A DNA stretch of 35,763 nucleotides from Candidatus Woesebacteria bacterium. Its GTDB lineage: Bacteria > Patescibacteriota > Microgenomatia > UBA8517. The notes beneath the pieces were generated by a model. That model had not been told where the DNA came from. It made no database searches and was given only the letters and a program-made list of their open reading frames with translations. Below are positions 1 to 9,672 of this stretch, piece by piece. The position numbers and the translations under genes are program-made. The stretch is taken from the NCBI GenBank assembly GCA_003484955.1, contig DMZH01000003.1:1-35763 (forward strand), given 5' to 3'. Each line of letters opens with the position of its first letter. Positions within the stretch are counted from its first letter, which is position 1.

Positions 1-1401
1 GCCGACGTCGGCGCTGACCTGGTCGGCAAGGTTGAAGCGGGAATTCCGGAAGACGATCCCAGAAACCCGGGAGTCATTGCTGACCTTGTGGGGGATAATG
101 TCGGGGATGATGCCGGAATGGCAGCTGATCTTTTTGAAACTTATGTGGTAACCTCAGTTGCTGCAATTCTTATTGGTAAGTCCGCATCGTTACCGCTTAC
201 AATCGGCGCAGCGGCTATTATCGCTTCCATTTTTGGGACTTTCTTTGTAAAACTTGGCAAGAAAAAGGAAATCATGCAAGCTCTTTACAAAGGTCTTATA
301 GCAGCCTCTCTTCTGGCAGCCGTCATTTTCTATTTCATTACTCCCTCTATGAATATTTATCTGACCACACTGATAGGAATCGCCGTTACTTTTGGGATGG
401 TAGTTATTACCGAATACTTTACTTCCAAGGGAAGTGCTCCCGTACAAAATATTGCCGAGGCGTCGACTACAGGACACGGAACAAACATTATTGCGGGCTT
501 AGCCAACTCGATGAAGTCAACTTTCTTCCCGATAATTTTGATCTCTGCAGCCACCTTGGGAGCGTTTGCTCTTGAAGGACTTTATGGAATTGCTATCGCC
601 GCCATGTCTATGCTTTCATTAACCGGAATAGTAGTTGCAATCGATGCCTTTGGCCCTATTACGGATAATGCCGGAGGAATTGCAGAAATGACAAATCAAC
701 CGGACAAAGTCAGAGATGTAACAGACGCCTTGGATGCGGTAGGCAATACCACAAAAGCCGTTACCAAAGGATATGCAATTGCTTCCGCGGGATTGGCCGC
801 ATTGGTTCTTTTTGCCAGCTTTACCGAGGAAATCGGCGTGAACTTTACTTTCTCGCTTTCCGATCCAAAAGTTTTGGTGGGTCTTATAATTGGCGCCTCT
901 CTTCCTTACGTTTTTGCAGCCTATGCCATGGAAGCAGTCGGGCATGCCGCCAAATCTATCGTTGAAGAAATCAGACGTCAATTTAGGGAAATTAAAGGCA
1001 TTATGAAAGGTACTGCCAAACCCGAATACGGAAAAGCGGTTGACATTGTTACCAAAGCAGCTTTAAAAGAAATGATTTTACCGTCTGCTATTCCGGTTGT
1101 TGCACCGATTTTAGTTGGTTTCGTTTTGGGACCTTCCGCTTTAGGCGGACTTTTAATGGGTACTATCGTTACGGGACTTTTTGTAGGAATTTCAATGACA
1201 ACCGGTGGAGCCGCTTGGGACAATGCCAAAAAATATATTGAGTCGGGTAAATTTGGCGGAAAAGGAAGTGATGCTCACAAAGCCGCCGTTACGGGTGACA
1301 CAGTGGGGGATCCCTATAAAGATACTGCCGGACCGGCCCTAAACCCAATGATTAAAATTGTAAACATTATTGCCCTACTTATTGCACCCTTCTTGATTTA
1401 G
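1..1401 (+). CDS. hppA: Membrane-bound ion-translocating pyrophosphatase (M-PPase), C-terminal ~466 aa; 5' end lies outside the window
   Basis: Frame 1 is open from nt 1. It reads [48 protein letters not shown], the hallmark M-PPase loop motifs. Many TM helices follow, then the C-terminal DNAKKYIE and [14 protein letters not shown] motifs. Confidence 0.95.
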   Translation, partial: ADVGADLVGKVEAGIPEDDPRNPGVIADLVGDNVGDDAGMAADLFETYVVTSVAAILIGKSASLPLTIGAAAIIASIFGTFFVKLGKKKEIMQALYKGLIAASLLAAVIFYFITPSMNIYLTTLIGIAVTFGMVVITEYFTSKGSAPVQNIAEASTTGHGTNIIAGLANSMKSTFFPIILISAATLGAFALEGLYGIAIAAMSMLSLTGIVVAIDAFGPITDNAGGIAEMTNQPDKVRDVTDALDAVGNTTKAVTKGYAIASAGLAALVLFASFTEEIGVNFTFSLSDPKVLVGLIIGASLPYVFAAYAMEAVGHAAKSIVEEIRRQFREIKGIMKGTAKPEYGKAVDIVTKAALKEMILPSAIPVVAPILVGFVLGPSALGGLLMGTIVTGLFVGISMTTGGAAWDNAKKYIESGKFGGKGSDAHKAAVTGDTVGDPYKDTAGPALNPMIKIVNIIALLIAPFLI

Positions 1402-1423
1402 ATACTATACTGGTGGTATAGCC

Positions 1424-2038
1424 GTGAAGATTTTTTCATCTATCCTAATTCTAATAGGCCTTGCCATAATACTTTTTCTCTTCGGACCCGTTATCAAGCA
1501 GGAAGTTGATTATACTTTCAACCAACTCACCGGAGTTAGGTATTCAGTTGATACAACCGTTGCCTGGAGTTCCCAAAGACCGATTTATCCTCCCAACACC
1601 GATTTTTCAATAATTATTCCCAAAATAAACGCGGTTGCCCCGATTGTCGACAATGTTGACCCGTCAAACTCTATCCAATATCTCAAAGCTTTAAAAGAAG
1701 GAGTTGCTCATGCGGACGGTACTGCATACCCTGGAGAAATTGGGAACATGTATCTTTTTGCCCACTCCACGGATGCTTTTTATAATGTAGGCAAATATAA
1801 CGCGGTATTTTTCCTAATCGGGCATCTTGTTCCGGGGGATGAAATAGATGTTTATTATCGGGGAAAATTAACTAAATATGTAGTTTATGATAAAAAGATT
1901 GTTGATCCGGAAGACACGGAGTTTTTGGGAACTTTAATTGAAGGAGAAAAAACTTTAACACTCCAAACCTGCTATCCACCCGGAACCACAATAAAAAGAC
2001 TTGTAGTTCTGGCAAAATTGCAGGAATCGAAGCAATAA
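1424..2038 (+). CDS. Sortase-family transpeptidase with N-terminal membrane anchor
   Basis: GTG start followed by the hydrophobic anchor KIFSSILILIGLAIILFLF. Catalytic His lies in LFAHSTD, the TLxTC active site is LTLQTC, and an Arg follows in KRLVV. Confidence 0.85.
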   Translation: MKIFSSILILIGLAIILFLFGPVIKQEVDYTFNQLTGVRYSVDTTVAWSSQRPIYPPNTDFSIIIPKINAVAPIVDNVDPSNSIQYLKALKEGVAHADGTAYPGEIGNMYLFAHSTDAFYNVGKYNAVFFLIGHLVPGDEIDVYYRGKLTKYVVYDKKIVDPEDTEFLGTLIEGEKTLTLQTCYPPGTTIKRLVVLAKLQESKQ

Positions 2039-2040
2039 TA

Positions 2041-2068
2041 TTGACATCTGCAAATCTGATAGTATACT
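2041..2068 (+). promoter_or_regulatory. Sigma70-like promoter: TTGACA, 16-nt spacer, TATACT, ending 10 nt before the ATG at 2079
   Basis: TTGACA at 2041-2046 and TATACT at 2063-2068, read directly. No clear SD lies between the -10 box and the ATG. Confidence 0.4.
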
Positions 2069-2078
2069 CGGGAATTAG

Positions 2079-5000
2079 ATGAAGAAATTAATATCTATCA
2101 TCGCCACTTCTGCCATTCTTCTGAATTCTTTAGTTACCCCTCTGTCTGCTTTAGCTCAGGAGGCAACTCCCACACCAACAATCGAGACTACAGAGTTATT
2201 TGCAACCACTGAGGCTTCATCGACACCAACTGATATTGCGTCTCCAACCCCGGCAGAAACAGTAATTCCTGAAGCGACTGCGACATCCACTCCCTTGCCG
2301 GAGCTTTTAGTGGAGGAGATTCTTCCCGTCGAGGCTGAACCCCAAGTGGCCGAGCCATCTGCCACGCTAGTTGTTTCAGAGCCTCAGCCAGTCGAAAAAG
2401 TCTATTTATCGGATGGTCAAGCTATAATCAACACGGTTAACACCGATTGGAACATAGACGAGGCAAACGGTTCTGCTGAAACGAAAGAGGCCGTAAAACT
2501 GGGTGTTAAATACATTTTTCCCTTAAATGATAAGGTAACCGTTACTTTCAAATCTCTCCCCACCGATGAAAGTCTACGCACTACTATTAAGATTGTTAAA
2601 GTTAAGGTGAGTGATCTCAACCTCCCAGACAATATGAATCCCTACGGTGAATATGCCTACGACATCACGACCGACATGTCTGATGGCACTTTTGATTATG
2701 ATCTGACTCTTCCCAAACCAGATGGCCAATCAGTCGATGTTGCTTACATGGAAGATACAGATTCAACACCGCTTACAATAGCAGAGAATCAAACCAGTCA
2801 AGAAGGTGGTACTGTCAAAGCAAGTGACATTAATCATTTCACTATTTTTGTAGTAGTGAATCCGAATCCAGCCGGAAATGGTTCGACATCAAATAATACC
2901 TGTCTAACAGCGGCGGCTGGCGGAGCAGTAACTTGTTATGACACAATCCAGGCGGCTATCGATGCGTCAACTAATGGAGATGAAATTGAGATTCAAAGTG
3001 ATATTACAGTTGGCCAACAGGTCAATGTAAACAAAGATGTGACGATTGATGGCAATGGTTTCACTGTTAGTCCAAATTTTGGATACACAAATAATTCAAA
3101 TAATTCCACTTTTGGAATACACAGCTCTGGTGTAACAATCTCAAATTTAACAGTTGATGGTGCTTCAGGTACAAATCTACATGGTATTAATATTTACATG
3201 GTTAATAATATTTTATTAGACGGGGTAAGTGTCTTAAATAATGATAAATCCGGAATTACTGTTAACGGCTCGATTGTGACAGTAAATAATATCACTACGG
3301 CAGGGAACGGTTGGGGTGGTATTAACGTAGACCAAGGAGTTGGTGTGACAACAGAGGCCAAGTTAATTATTGCTGGCACAAGCTCCCATAATGAAGCCGC
3401 TCATATTTGGCTTGATGATTTCCGTAAAGCTACCGTAGATGATACCTCGCCACCTCAATACCAGGTTACAAACGGTCTCGGAAATTTACGTATCTACACA
3501 CTAAAGAACTCTAATAATGCTTCTGCCAGTCTTGAGCAGTGCCGTAACGGAACATCTGGATCACCCAATGATTGTTTATCACTTGGAGGTTCTGTGGGGT
3601 GGGTAAACGGTAACGCGGGCTCATCCAATTCTCATTATGTCGAGGGTCTCTCTATTCCTTACCGCACCATTATGGAAGATCTACCCCTTGGTACTCCAAT
3701 CACCATTACTCTTGAATACGATATTAAACATTCTGGCGCCCACGCTATTGATTTCTTGACCAGTTATAATCGTCTACAGCCACATTCCCCTTTTGGTCAC
3801 TCAGTAGAATCTATTGATCCAACGAGTGGTGTTGCAGGGGTGCCCGGAACTTACTCTACTTACACAATCCCGACTCCATCAAGTGTCGGTAGTCCAGTAT
3901 CTGGCCAGCCAACCGATAGATTCAATTCATTACCTGCAGATGAAAAATTAATGACACTCTATGGCGGTACTATCTCTAATGTGGTATATGCCACACAAGG
4001 GGATTTGAATGCCAATTCAGCAAGCACTAGTATAAATGTTACATTCACAGCAACTAGTGCAACAGCCGTCCTCGCCTGGGGTGGCCATATTGCCCGCGAA
4101 GCCGATTGGGGCACCAATCAATCCGCAGGGGGAATCAATGGCTCTCCATACCACATGAGACTCATAAATTGGACTCAAGGTAGTCTCGGCAACCAAGATC
4201 GCTCACTTTCTGCTGGAGCAGTAGCCGCCCCAAGTTCAATAACAATTGTTAAAGATGCCCAGCCCGATAACTTCCAAGATTTTACTTTCGTCACGACTGG
4301 CAACGGTCTCTCTAGTTTTACCCTTGACGACGACGCAGACGGCACACTCCTCAATATGACTACTTTCAATAGTTTACTTGCTGGAACCTTCACTATTACA
4401 GAAGATTCTATGCCTGGATGGTCACTCTTTTCCAAAACTTGTGTAACAGATGGAACAAGTAATTCTCCATCAACATTCTCTCCAATTACGGACGGAATCT
4501 CTATCAATTTAGTTGCTGGAGAAAATATTACTTGTACTTTCACTAATACACAACAAAATGGAACATTGAGAGTAAACAAAATTACAGTTCCTAACGAAGC
4601 GGAAGTGTTTAGTGTTACTGCAACCGGATCCGGAACAATTACAGGAACTGCAACACAAAATGTAACAGGAGGATCATTTGTCGACTATACAGTTACAACC
4701 GGAACTTATTCAGTTACTGAATCACCAAAAATAGGATGGGCCGAAACAAACAATACTTGTGCAAGAGTATCTGTGTCTGCAGGCGGAATTAGTGAATGTA
4801 CAATCACAAACACTAAACTTGGTTCAATTTCGGGTTTCAAATATGAAGTTGGAAACCAAACTCCGTTGGCTGGCTGGATAATTTCGCTTTATCAGGAACA
4901 AACCCTAATCGCCACTCAAAGTACAACTCTCTCCGGATACAGTTTCAATAATCTTTTACCGGGTATATATTCATTATTCGAAAACCTTCTAGGTGGCTGG

Positions 5001-7916
5001 ACACAAGTGGACTCACCATCAAACATCGACCTTGCTGCTGGCCAATCCTCAACAGGCAACGATTTTGTAAACTTCCACAACGTTTCAATTTCTGGGCAAA
5101 AATTTAATGATTTAAACGGAAACGGAACCAAAGATGCTGGAGAACCAGGACTTTCTGGTTGGACAATCAACCTTGATACCGGTGCTAATGGAAGTGTCGA
5201 CGCAACCACCATGACCGACACAAGCGGTAACTACACGTTTAGTGTTGGACCCGGAATTTATAGAATTCGTGAGTCTGGACAAATCGGGTGGTCCCAAACA
5301 ACCACAAACCCTGTCGATTTTACAGTTGTAAGTGGGCAAAATGTAACAGGCGTCGATTTTGGGAACTTTAATCTTGGTCAAATTTCCGGAAAGAAATATG
5401 AAGACTTGAATGGCAACGGAGAAGATGATACAGGTGAACCTGGCCTTTGGGGATGGTTGATTTATATAGACACAAATAACAACGGTCAACTGGATTCTGG
5501 TGAGAGATCAACTTCAACAGATCCGACCGGCCATTACACTTTTTCAGATCTTGGTCCAGGAACATATATTATCCGCGAACAAAATAATGAAGGTTGGGCA
5601 CAGACTGACCCAACCGGTTTAGATACCTCCGTTGGCGGACAGAATGACGGAAGCTACATAGTTGCAATGACGAGTAATGGCAATAAAACCGAAAGAAATT
5701 TTGGGAATCAAATGCGCGGGTCAATCACTATCACTAAATCTGCAATTCCCCAAGATGTGCAGAATTTTGGATTCACAAGTCCACAACTTGGGAGCTTTAC
5801 TTTAAATGATGATGGCAACGGTAGTGATAGCTACAAGATCTTTCCAAATTTGGGAAGTAATACTAACGGCATTACTTATACAATAACCGAAGACCTGACT
5901 ACCGGATGGAAATTAACAAACATCTCGTGTACTGGGGATGAGGACGTAGCCCATGACGTGAATGGCCGCACAGTTACGCTGACATTGGATCATCCGACAG
6001 AGAATGTAAGTTGTGAATTCACCAATACCAAACTTGGTTCAATCTCAGGTTTCAAGTACGCCCAGGGTAGCCAGGTTCCATTAACCGGATGGACAATTTC
6101 CCTATACCAAAACCAAACTTTACTTGCATCACAAGTCACCACAGCAGAGGGATATAAATTTGACAATCTTTCACCGGGTGCATATTCACTTTCCGAGGGT
6201 CTTTTGAGCGGCTGGACACAGATAAGTATTCCCTCAAGCGTAGTGATCACCGCCGGACAAGACTCAACCAATAATAATTTTATTAATTTCCTTAATGGCA
6301 ATATTGCTGGATATAAGTGGAATGATTTGGACGGTAATGGTGCCTGGGACAACGAAGAGCCTCCCATTGAAGGTTGGAAAATCTATCTTGATCGACCGGA
6401 TGGACCTGACATTTATGATCTGACTAATGCATCAGGGCACTATTACTTTGGAGATTTGGGACCTGGAACTTACAGAGTTTACGAAGAAGTTCAGCCCAGT
6501 TGGACCCAAACCGCACCAAGTGGTAGTGAATACATAATCGATATGACCCAAGGTGCACAGGGACTAAACAATCCCAATTATAATTTTGGTAATCAAAGAT
6601 TGCCGGTTACCATCAAGGGCTACAAAGTAATTTGTGAGAATGAAAGTGATTTACCAAATTGGGGTAATCATGGATCAACCATCGACGCAGACACAGCCCA
6701 AGATTATGTAGATTCTCACTCAAGTTGTTCTTTATCAGAAGACTGGGATTTCCAATATGGGCCTTCGGGGGCGGGGAGCTTTGGATCTTTCCAGACAGAC
6801 ACAAATTCATTGGCTGGTTCCTGGAATACTTTTAATGTAAGTTCGGATGCAATAATCAACGACCTTTCTAATTTTGGAGGGAGAATTGAAGTCCGAGAAG
6901 TCTTCCCTGATAATACCTATTTGCCATTTAGCAATAGTGGTGATTTCAGCGCAGAGTTCTATTGCTCGGGCGACACTTATAACTACGATAATTGGGAATG
7001 GATAAATAACCCTCAATACGATCAAACTTATTACTGTGTTGCCTTCAACACACTAAATCCTGGACATATTATTGTTGATAAAGTAACAGATCCTGAAAGG
7101 GATCCTCAAGTGTTCACATTTAATCCCAGTTGGAGTGAAAACAACTTTACCCTTACAGATCAAGATAATCCTCTGGATAGCGGCCCACTTGCACCCGGAG
7201 TATATTCTGTAAGTGAATTAAAACAGGACGGTTGGAGTTTGGAGGGTGCAACCTGTGACAACAAAGGTTTGGTTGATGAAATTAATCTGCATCCTGGAGA
7301 AACAGTTACTTGTACCTTTAGTAATCTAAAACTTAATCCCAATATCACCGTCACTAAATCAAATGATAGGAGTGGGGGAACAACGGCCGGCTCCACTGTT
7401 ACCTATACATTAACTGTCAAAAACGATGGGAATGTTGATCTACAGGGAGTTGATATTATAGATATACTTCCCGGAGGGTTTGGTTTTGTTGCAGGCTCAA
7501 CAACCGGTACCGCAGTCGTTCCTACAGTTTCCGGAAGTGTTATAACCTGGAGTAATGTAGGAGACTTGGCAGTCGGAGCATCTTTCATTCTGACTTACCA
7601 GGCGACTATTTCTACAGATTCCACAAATGGACTTTATACCAACTTTGCCACATGCGACTCATACTACTACGGCGGGGATGAGGAACAAACCTCTGTTCCC
7701 TGTAACACTGCCAACTCTACGGTTTCGATAGGCAGTGTACTTGGCTACGGCGGAAACTTGCAAGGACAGGTTTTGGGAGCATCAACCGAACTTCCCGCGA
7801 CAGGAAGCCCGACCTTGGTTTTAATTGTTGCTCTTGTTATGCTTGCAACCGGACTTTTCCTGAACGGATTTACAAAAAGAGAGGAAATAAAACCCAGAAA
7901 ACATGCTAAAAAATAA
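2079..7916 (+). CDS. Giant (1945 aa) secreted, sortase-anchored surface adhesin
   Basis: Signal peptide MKKLISIIATSAILLNSLVTPLSALA, then a T/P/E-rich linker. A parallel beta-helix-like region follows (NGDEIEIQSDITV, GVTISNLTVDG, SGITVNGSIVTVNNITT). Repeated prealbumin/Cna-B-like modules each end in C.FTNT. There are three SdrD-B-like units (G.K.NDLNGNG..D..EPGL.GW.I.LD) and a DUF11-like segment (TVTYTLTVKNDGNVDL). The C-terminus carries an LPATG sorting signal. Confidence 0.9.
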   Translation: MKKLISIIATSAILLNSLVTPLSALAQEATPTPTIETTELFATTEASSTPTDIASPTPAETVIPEATATSTPLPELLVEEILPVEAEPQVAEPSATLVVSEPQPVEKVYLSDGQAIINTVNTDWNIDEANGSAETKEAVKLGVKYIFPLNDKVTVTFKSLPTDESLRTTIKIVKVKVSDLNLPDNMNPYGEYAYDITTDMSDGTFDYDLTLPKPDGQSVDVAYMEDTDSTPLTIAENQTSQEGGTVKASDINHFTIFVVVNPNPAGNGSTSNNTCLTAAAGGAVTCYDTIQAAIDASTNGDEIEIQSDITVGQQVNVNKDVTIDGNGFTVSPNFGYTNNSNNSTFGIHSSGVTISNLTVDGASGTNLHGINIYMVNNILLDGVSVLNNDKSGITVNGSIVTVNNITTAGNGWGGINVDQGVGVTTEAKLIIAGTSSHNEAAHIWLDDFRKATVDDTSPPQYQVTNGLGNLRIYTLKNSNNASASLEQCRNGTSGSPNDCLSLGGSVGWVNGNAGSSNSHYVEGLSIPYRTIMEDLPLGTPITITLEYDIKHSGAHAIDFLTSYNRLQPHSPFGHSVESIDPTSGVAGVPGTYSTYTIPTPSSVGSPVSGQPTDRFNSLPADEKLMTLYGGTISNVVYATQGDLNANSASTSINVTFTATSATAVLAWGGHIAREADWGTNQSAGGINGSPYHMRLINWTQGSLGNQDRSLSAGAVAAPSSITIVKDAQPDNFQDFTFVTTGNGLSSFTLDDDADGTLLNMTTFNSLLAGTFTITEDSMPGWSLFSKTCVTDGTSNSPSTFSPITDGISINLVAGENITCTFTNTQQNGTLRVNKITVPNEAEVFSVTATGSGTITGTATQNVTGGSFVDYTVTTGTYSVTESPKIGWAETNNTCARVSVSAGGISECTITNTKLGSISGFKYEVGNQTPLAGWIISLYQEQTLIATQSTTLSGYSFNNLLPGIYSLFENLLGGWTQVDSPSNIDLAAGQSSTGNDFVNFHNVSISGQKFNDLNGNGTKDAGEPGLSGWTINLDTGANGSVDATTMTDTSGNYTFSVGPGIYRIRESGQIGWSQTTTNPVDFTVVSGQNVTGVDFGNFNLGQISGKKYEDLNGNGEDDTGEPGLWGWLIYIDTNNNGQLDSGERSTSTDPTGHYTFSDLGPGTYIIREQNNEGWAQTDPTGLDTSVGGQNDGSYIVAMTSNGNKTERNFGNQMRGSITITKSAIPQDVQNFGFTSPQLGSFTLNDDGNGSDSYKIFPNLGSNTNGITYTITEDLTTGWKLTNISCTGDEDVAHDVNGRTVTLTLDHPTENVSCEFTNTKLGSISGFKYAQGSQVPLTGWTISLYQNQTLLASQVTTAEGYKFDNLSPGAYSLSEGLLSGWTQISIPSSVVITAGQDSTNNNFINFLNGNIAGYKWNDLDGNGAWDNEEPPIEGWKIYLDRPDGPDIYDLTNASGHYYFGDLGPGTYRVYEEVQPSWTQTAPSGSEYIIDMTQGAQGLNNPNYNFGNQRLPVTIKGYKVICENESDLPNWGNHGSTIDADTAQDYVDSHSSCSLSEDWDFQYGPSGAGSFGSFQTDTNSLAGSWNTFNVSSDAIINDLSNFGGRIEVREVFPDNTYLPFSNSGDFSAEFYCSGDTYNYDNWEWINNPQYDQTYYCVAFNTLNPGHIIVDKVTDPERDPQVFTFNPSWSENNFTLTDQDNPLDSGPLAPGVYSVSELKQDGWSLEGATCDNKGLVDEINLHPGETVTCTFSNLKLNPNITVTKSNDRSGGTTAGSTVTYTLTVKNDGNVDLQGVDIIDILPGGFGFVAGSTTGTAVVPTVSGSVITWSNVGDLAVGASFILTYQATISTDSTNGLYTNFATCDSYYYGGDEEQTSVPCNTANSTVSIGSVLGYGGNLQGQVLGASTELPATGSPTLVLIVALVMLATGLFLNGFTKREEIKPRKHAKK
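7791..7913 (+). other. Cell-wall sorting signal of the giant adhesin: LPATG, hydrophobic helix, basic tail
   Basis: ctt ccc gcg aca gga at 7791-7805 encodes LPATG. It is followed by SPTLVLIVALVMLATGLFLNGF and KREEIKPRKHAKK. Confidence 0.85.
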
Positions 7917-8823
7917 ACTTACGACATCATTGATTCTTGGCTTATTGATGCTTTTCGGAGTTGTCATTCCGGCAAAGGCATCAACTGTTTTGGCCATTCA
8001 AACATTGCCATCATACATAAACACAAGAGACTTTAAACTCTCCTGTACAAGTGATGCTTCCTCGGTTACATTTTCCGTCAGTAAGAATGGGGGCTCTCCG
8101 GTTAATTTTGCAACACTAAATCCGACAGCCACCCCATGCCAAGTACAGGTAACCCCTGCTCAAATCGATGAAGAAGCAACATACACATTTACAGTTACAG
8201 ATGGTTCTCTATCACGCTCAACTTCAACCATCTTTGACAATTCCGGACCGTCTTCGGTTTCAGGTTATTACAAAGACGGGCTTTCCGACGGGTACAGGCT
8301 TCATTACCATACACCCAGCGATTCAGATTTTGACAAAGTAATAATCTATAGGGGAGATACTCCTGATTTTTCGGCCGACAGCTCTCATGAAATAGCCACT
8401 GTCAATTCCTCGCCAAATTCCGACATGACCTATGAAGATCACTCCGGAAGCGGTAAATACTACAACATTCGTGCTTTAGACCATGCAGGTAATTCTTCAG
8501 CTCTTGTGGGAGATGGTGGGGGAACGGTGACAATTGTTACAACAGGTACGCCATCGTCGACAGGCGGGAATGTAACAATATTCCCCAAGGAGGCGGGGGC
8601 AGGAAGTGTACTGGGAACTGAAGCTACAGCAAGTCCAACACCCGAATTAGGCAGCCCTCAACCGGATCAGGGAGGAGTTGTTAACCAAATTAACCAGTTT
8701 GCCAACCAAACCCCGAATCCTATTAAATGGATTCTGACCCACAAAAAGATCTCAATTGGGATTGCACTGATCCTTTTTGGCATTGCCTATTACCTCTACC
8801 GTATGAGCAAGAAAAACAAATAA
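7903..8823 (+). CDS. Secreted, C-terminally membrane-anchored protein with an Fn3-like segment
   Basis: The start overlaps the last 14 nt of the adhesin gene. Signal peptide is MLKNKLTTSLILGLLMLFGVVIPAKA. YRLHYHTPSDSDFDKVIIYRGD...YYNIRALDHAGNSS looks Fn3-like. The C-terminal TM is ISIGIALILFGIAYYLY followed by RMSKKNK. There is no LPXTG. Confidence 0.7.
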   Translation: MLKNKLTTSLILGLLMLFGVVIPAKASTVLAIQTLPSYINTRDFKLSCTSDASSVTFSVSKNGGSPVNFATLNPTATPCQVQVTPAQIDEEATYTFTVTDGSLSRSTSTIFDNSGPSSVSGYYKDGLSDGYRLHYHTPSDSDFDKVIIYRGDTPDFSADSSHEIATVNSSPNSDMTYEDHSGSGKYYNIRALDHAGNSSALVGDGGGTVTIVTTGTPSSTGGNVTIFPKEAGAGSVLGTEATASPTPELGSPQPDQGGVVNQINQFANQTPNPIKWILTHKKISIGIALILFGIAYYLYRMSKKNK

Positions 8824-8886
8824 CGGTGTAATTATGCGGCAGATGATTTACGAATATATTAATTGTATTTTTGTAAGTGGTTTTGT

Positions 8887-8913
8887 AAACCGCTCCTAAA
8901 GGGCGGTTTTTTT
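8887..8913 (+). terminator. Rho-independent terminator of the surface-protein operon
   Basis: The stem aaaccgctc / gggcggttt includes one G-U pair, the loop is ctaaa, and a T7 run follows at 8907-8913. Confidence 0.6.
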
Positions 8914-9077
8914 GTGCACCAGATTTTATTATCGATAGTGCACAACCCTTCCGATAATCTCGGCTTAAGGCGTGAACGGATAGTTCCCAAAAGCCGAAAG
9001 CGGAGATAAGGAGGGTGTATATTAAAAGGCTTTCTCGAGAGGGAGGCCTCCCTCTCGAAGCAGACTCTTGTAGTCTG
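8913..9077 (+). other. ORF-free run of four consecutive helices; candidate structured RNA leader or REP-like palindromes
   Basis: Helix 1 pairs tgtgcac 8913-8919 with gtgcaca 8938-8944. A composite helix pairs 8945-8966 with 8991-9016 (accct/agggt, atctc/gagat, cggctt/aagccg). A 24-nt perfect palindrome tcgagagggagg|cctccctctcga lies at 9035-9058. The hairpin cagact-cttgt-agtctg lies at 9061-9077. Confidence 0.25.
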
Positions 9078-9123
9078 TTAATAAAGGCTGCGAAAGGGGG
9101 TGAATAAATATTAAAAAGTTATT

Positions 9124-9143
9124 GTTTAGTTTAGTTTAGTTTT
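9124..9143 (+). repeat. Pentanucleotide tandem repeat (GTTTA)x3 plus GTTTT
   Basis: Read directly as gttta gttta gttta gtttt. It lies between an SD-preceded short frame and the downstream ORF. Confidence 0.9.
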
Positions 9144-9162
9144 TGGGATTGCTGGAGTATTT

Positions 9163-9561
9163 GTGTTTGTAGGTTTAGCCTTTGCGGGTAATCCTAGCGC
9201 TGATGACAATTGTGATACGTCTGTAACCGATCCTTATCTCGGGTATGGAACACGAGCCGACCTATACAATTGTAAATCTATTGGTAATTCTGGGGAGGAG
9301 CAGGGGATTTACTTTATCAATGACGCCACTTCGGAAAGTTTGGGTTACACAGAAAATCATGGAACATGCAGTGTGGTAGTAAAATGGTCAGGTGATTACG
9401 GATCAACACCTGGTCTTGATTTTGGAACAGTATTTAATAACACAAAATGCTCCGATGGATTTGTTGAGATATGGGGTGACAATTTTGGTCCTGGTGATGG
9501 ATATGGGGCAACTCCATACATTTGGTCAATTGGAAGACAAGGTTCACTGATACATCCTTAA
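9163..9561 (+). CDS. Small Cys-containing, probably secreted protein; N-terminus ambiguous (see finding on the GTTTA repeat)
   Basis: GTG at 9163 lies 5 nt after GGAG. As annotated, the N-terminus MFVGLAFAGNPS is only the tail of a signal peptide. Five Cys residues and a G/Y/D-rich composition. The gene has its own terminator. Confidence 0.55.
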   Translation: MFVGLAFAGNPSADDNCDTSVTDPYLGYGTRADLYNCKSIGNSGEEQGIYFINDATSESLGYTENHGTCSVVVKWSGDYGSTPGLDFGTVFNNTKCSDGFVEIWGDNFGPGDGYGATPYIWSIGRQGSLIHP

Positions 9562-9585
9562 CTAATTTATTAGTTGTTAAGCGAG

Positions 9586-9626
9586 AAAAAAAGCAGGGGA
9601 GAGTGAAAGCCACCCCTGCTTTTTTA
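9586..9626 (+). terminator. Rho-independent terminator, potentially bidirectional (A-run/T-run flanks)
   Basis: agcagggg 9592-9599 pairs with cccctgct 9613-9620. An A7 run lies upstream and a T6 run downstream. Confidence 0.75.
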
Positions 9627-9672
9627 TTGTTGTGTTATAGCATGAGAAACCTGTACATGTTAATATTCATAT

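Noticed and set aside
4175-4579. Numerous 60-134-aa minus-strand ORFs inside the giant adhesin gene (2.1-7.6 kb).
   Set aside because: They are antisense to a continuous 5.8-kb ORF with clear domain repeats, and are typical shadow ORFs.
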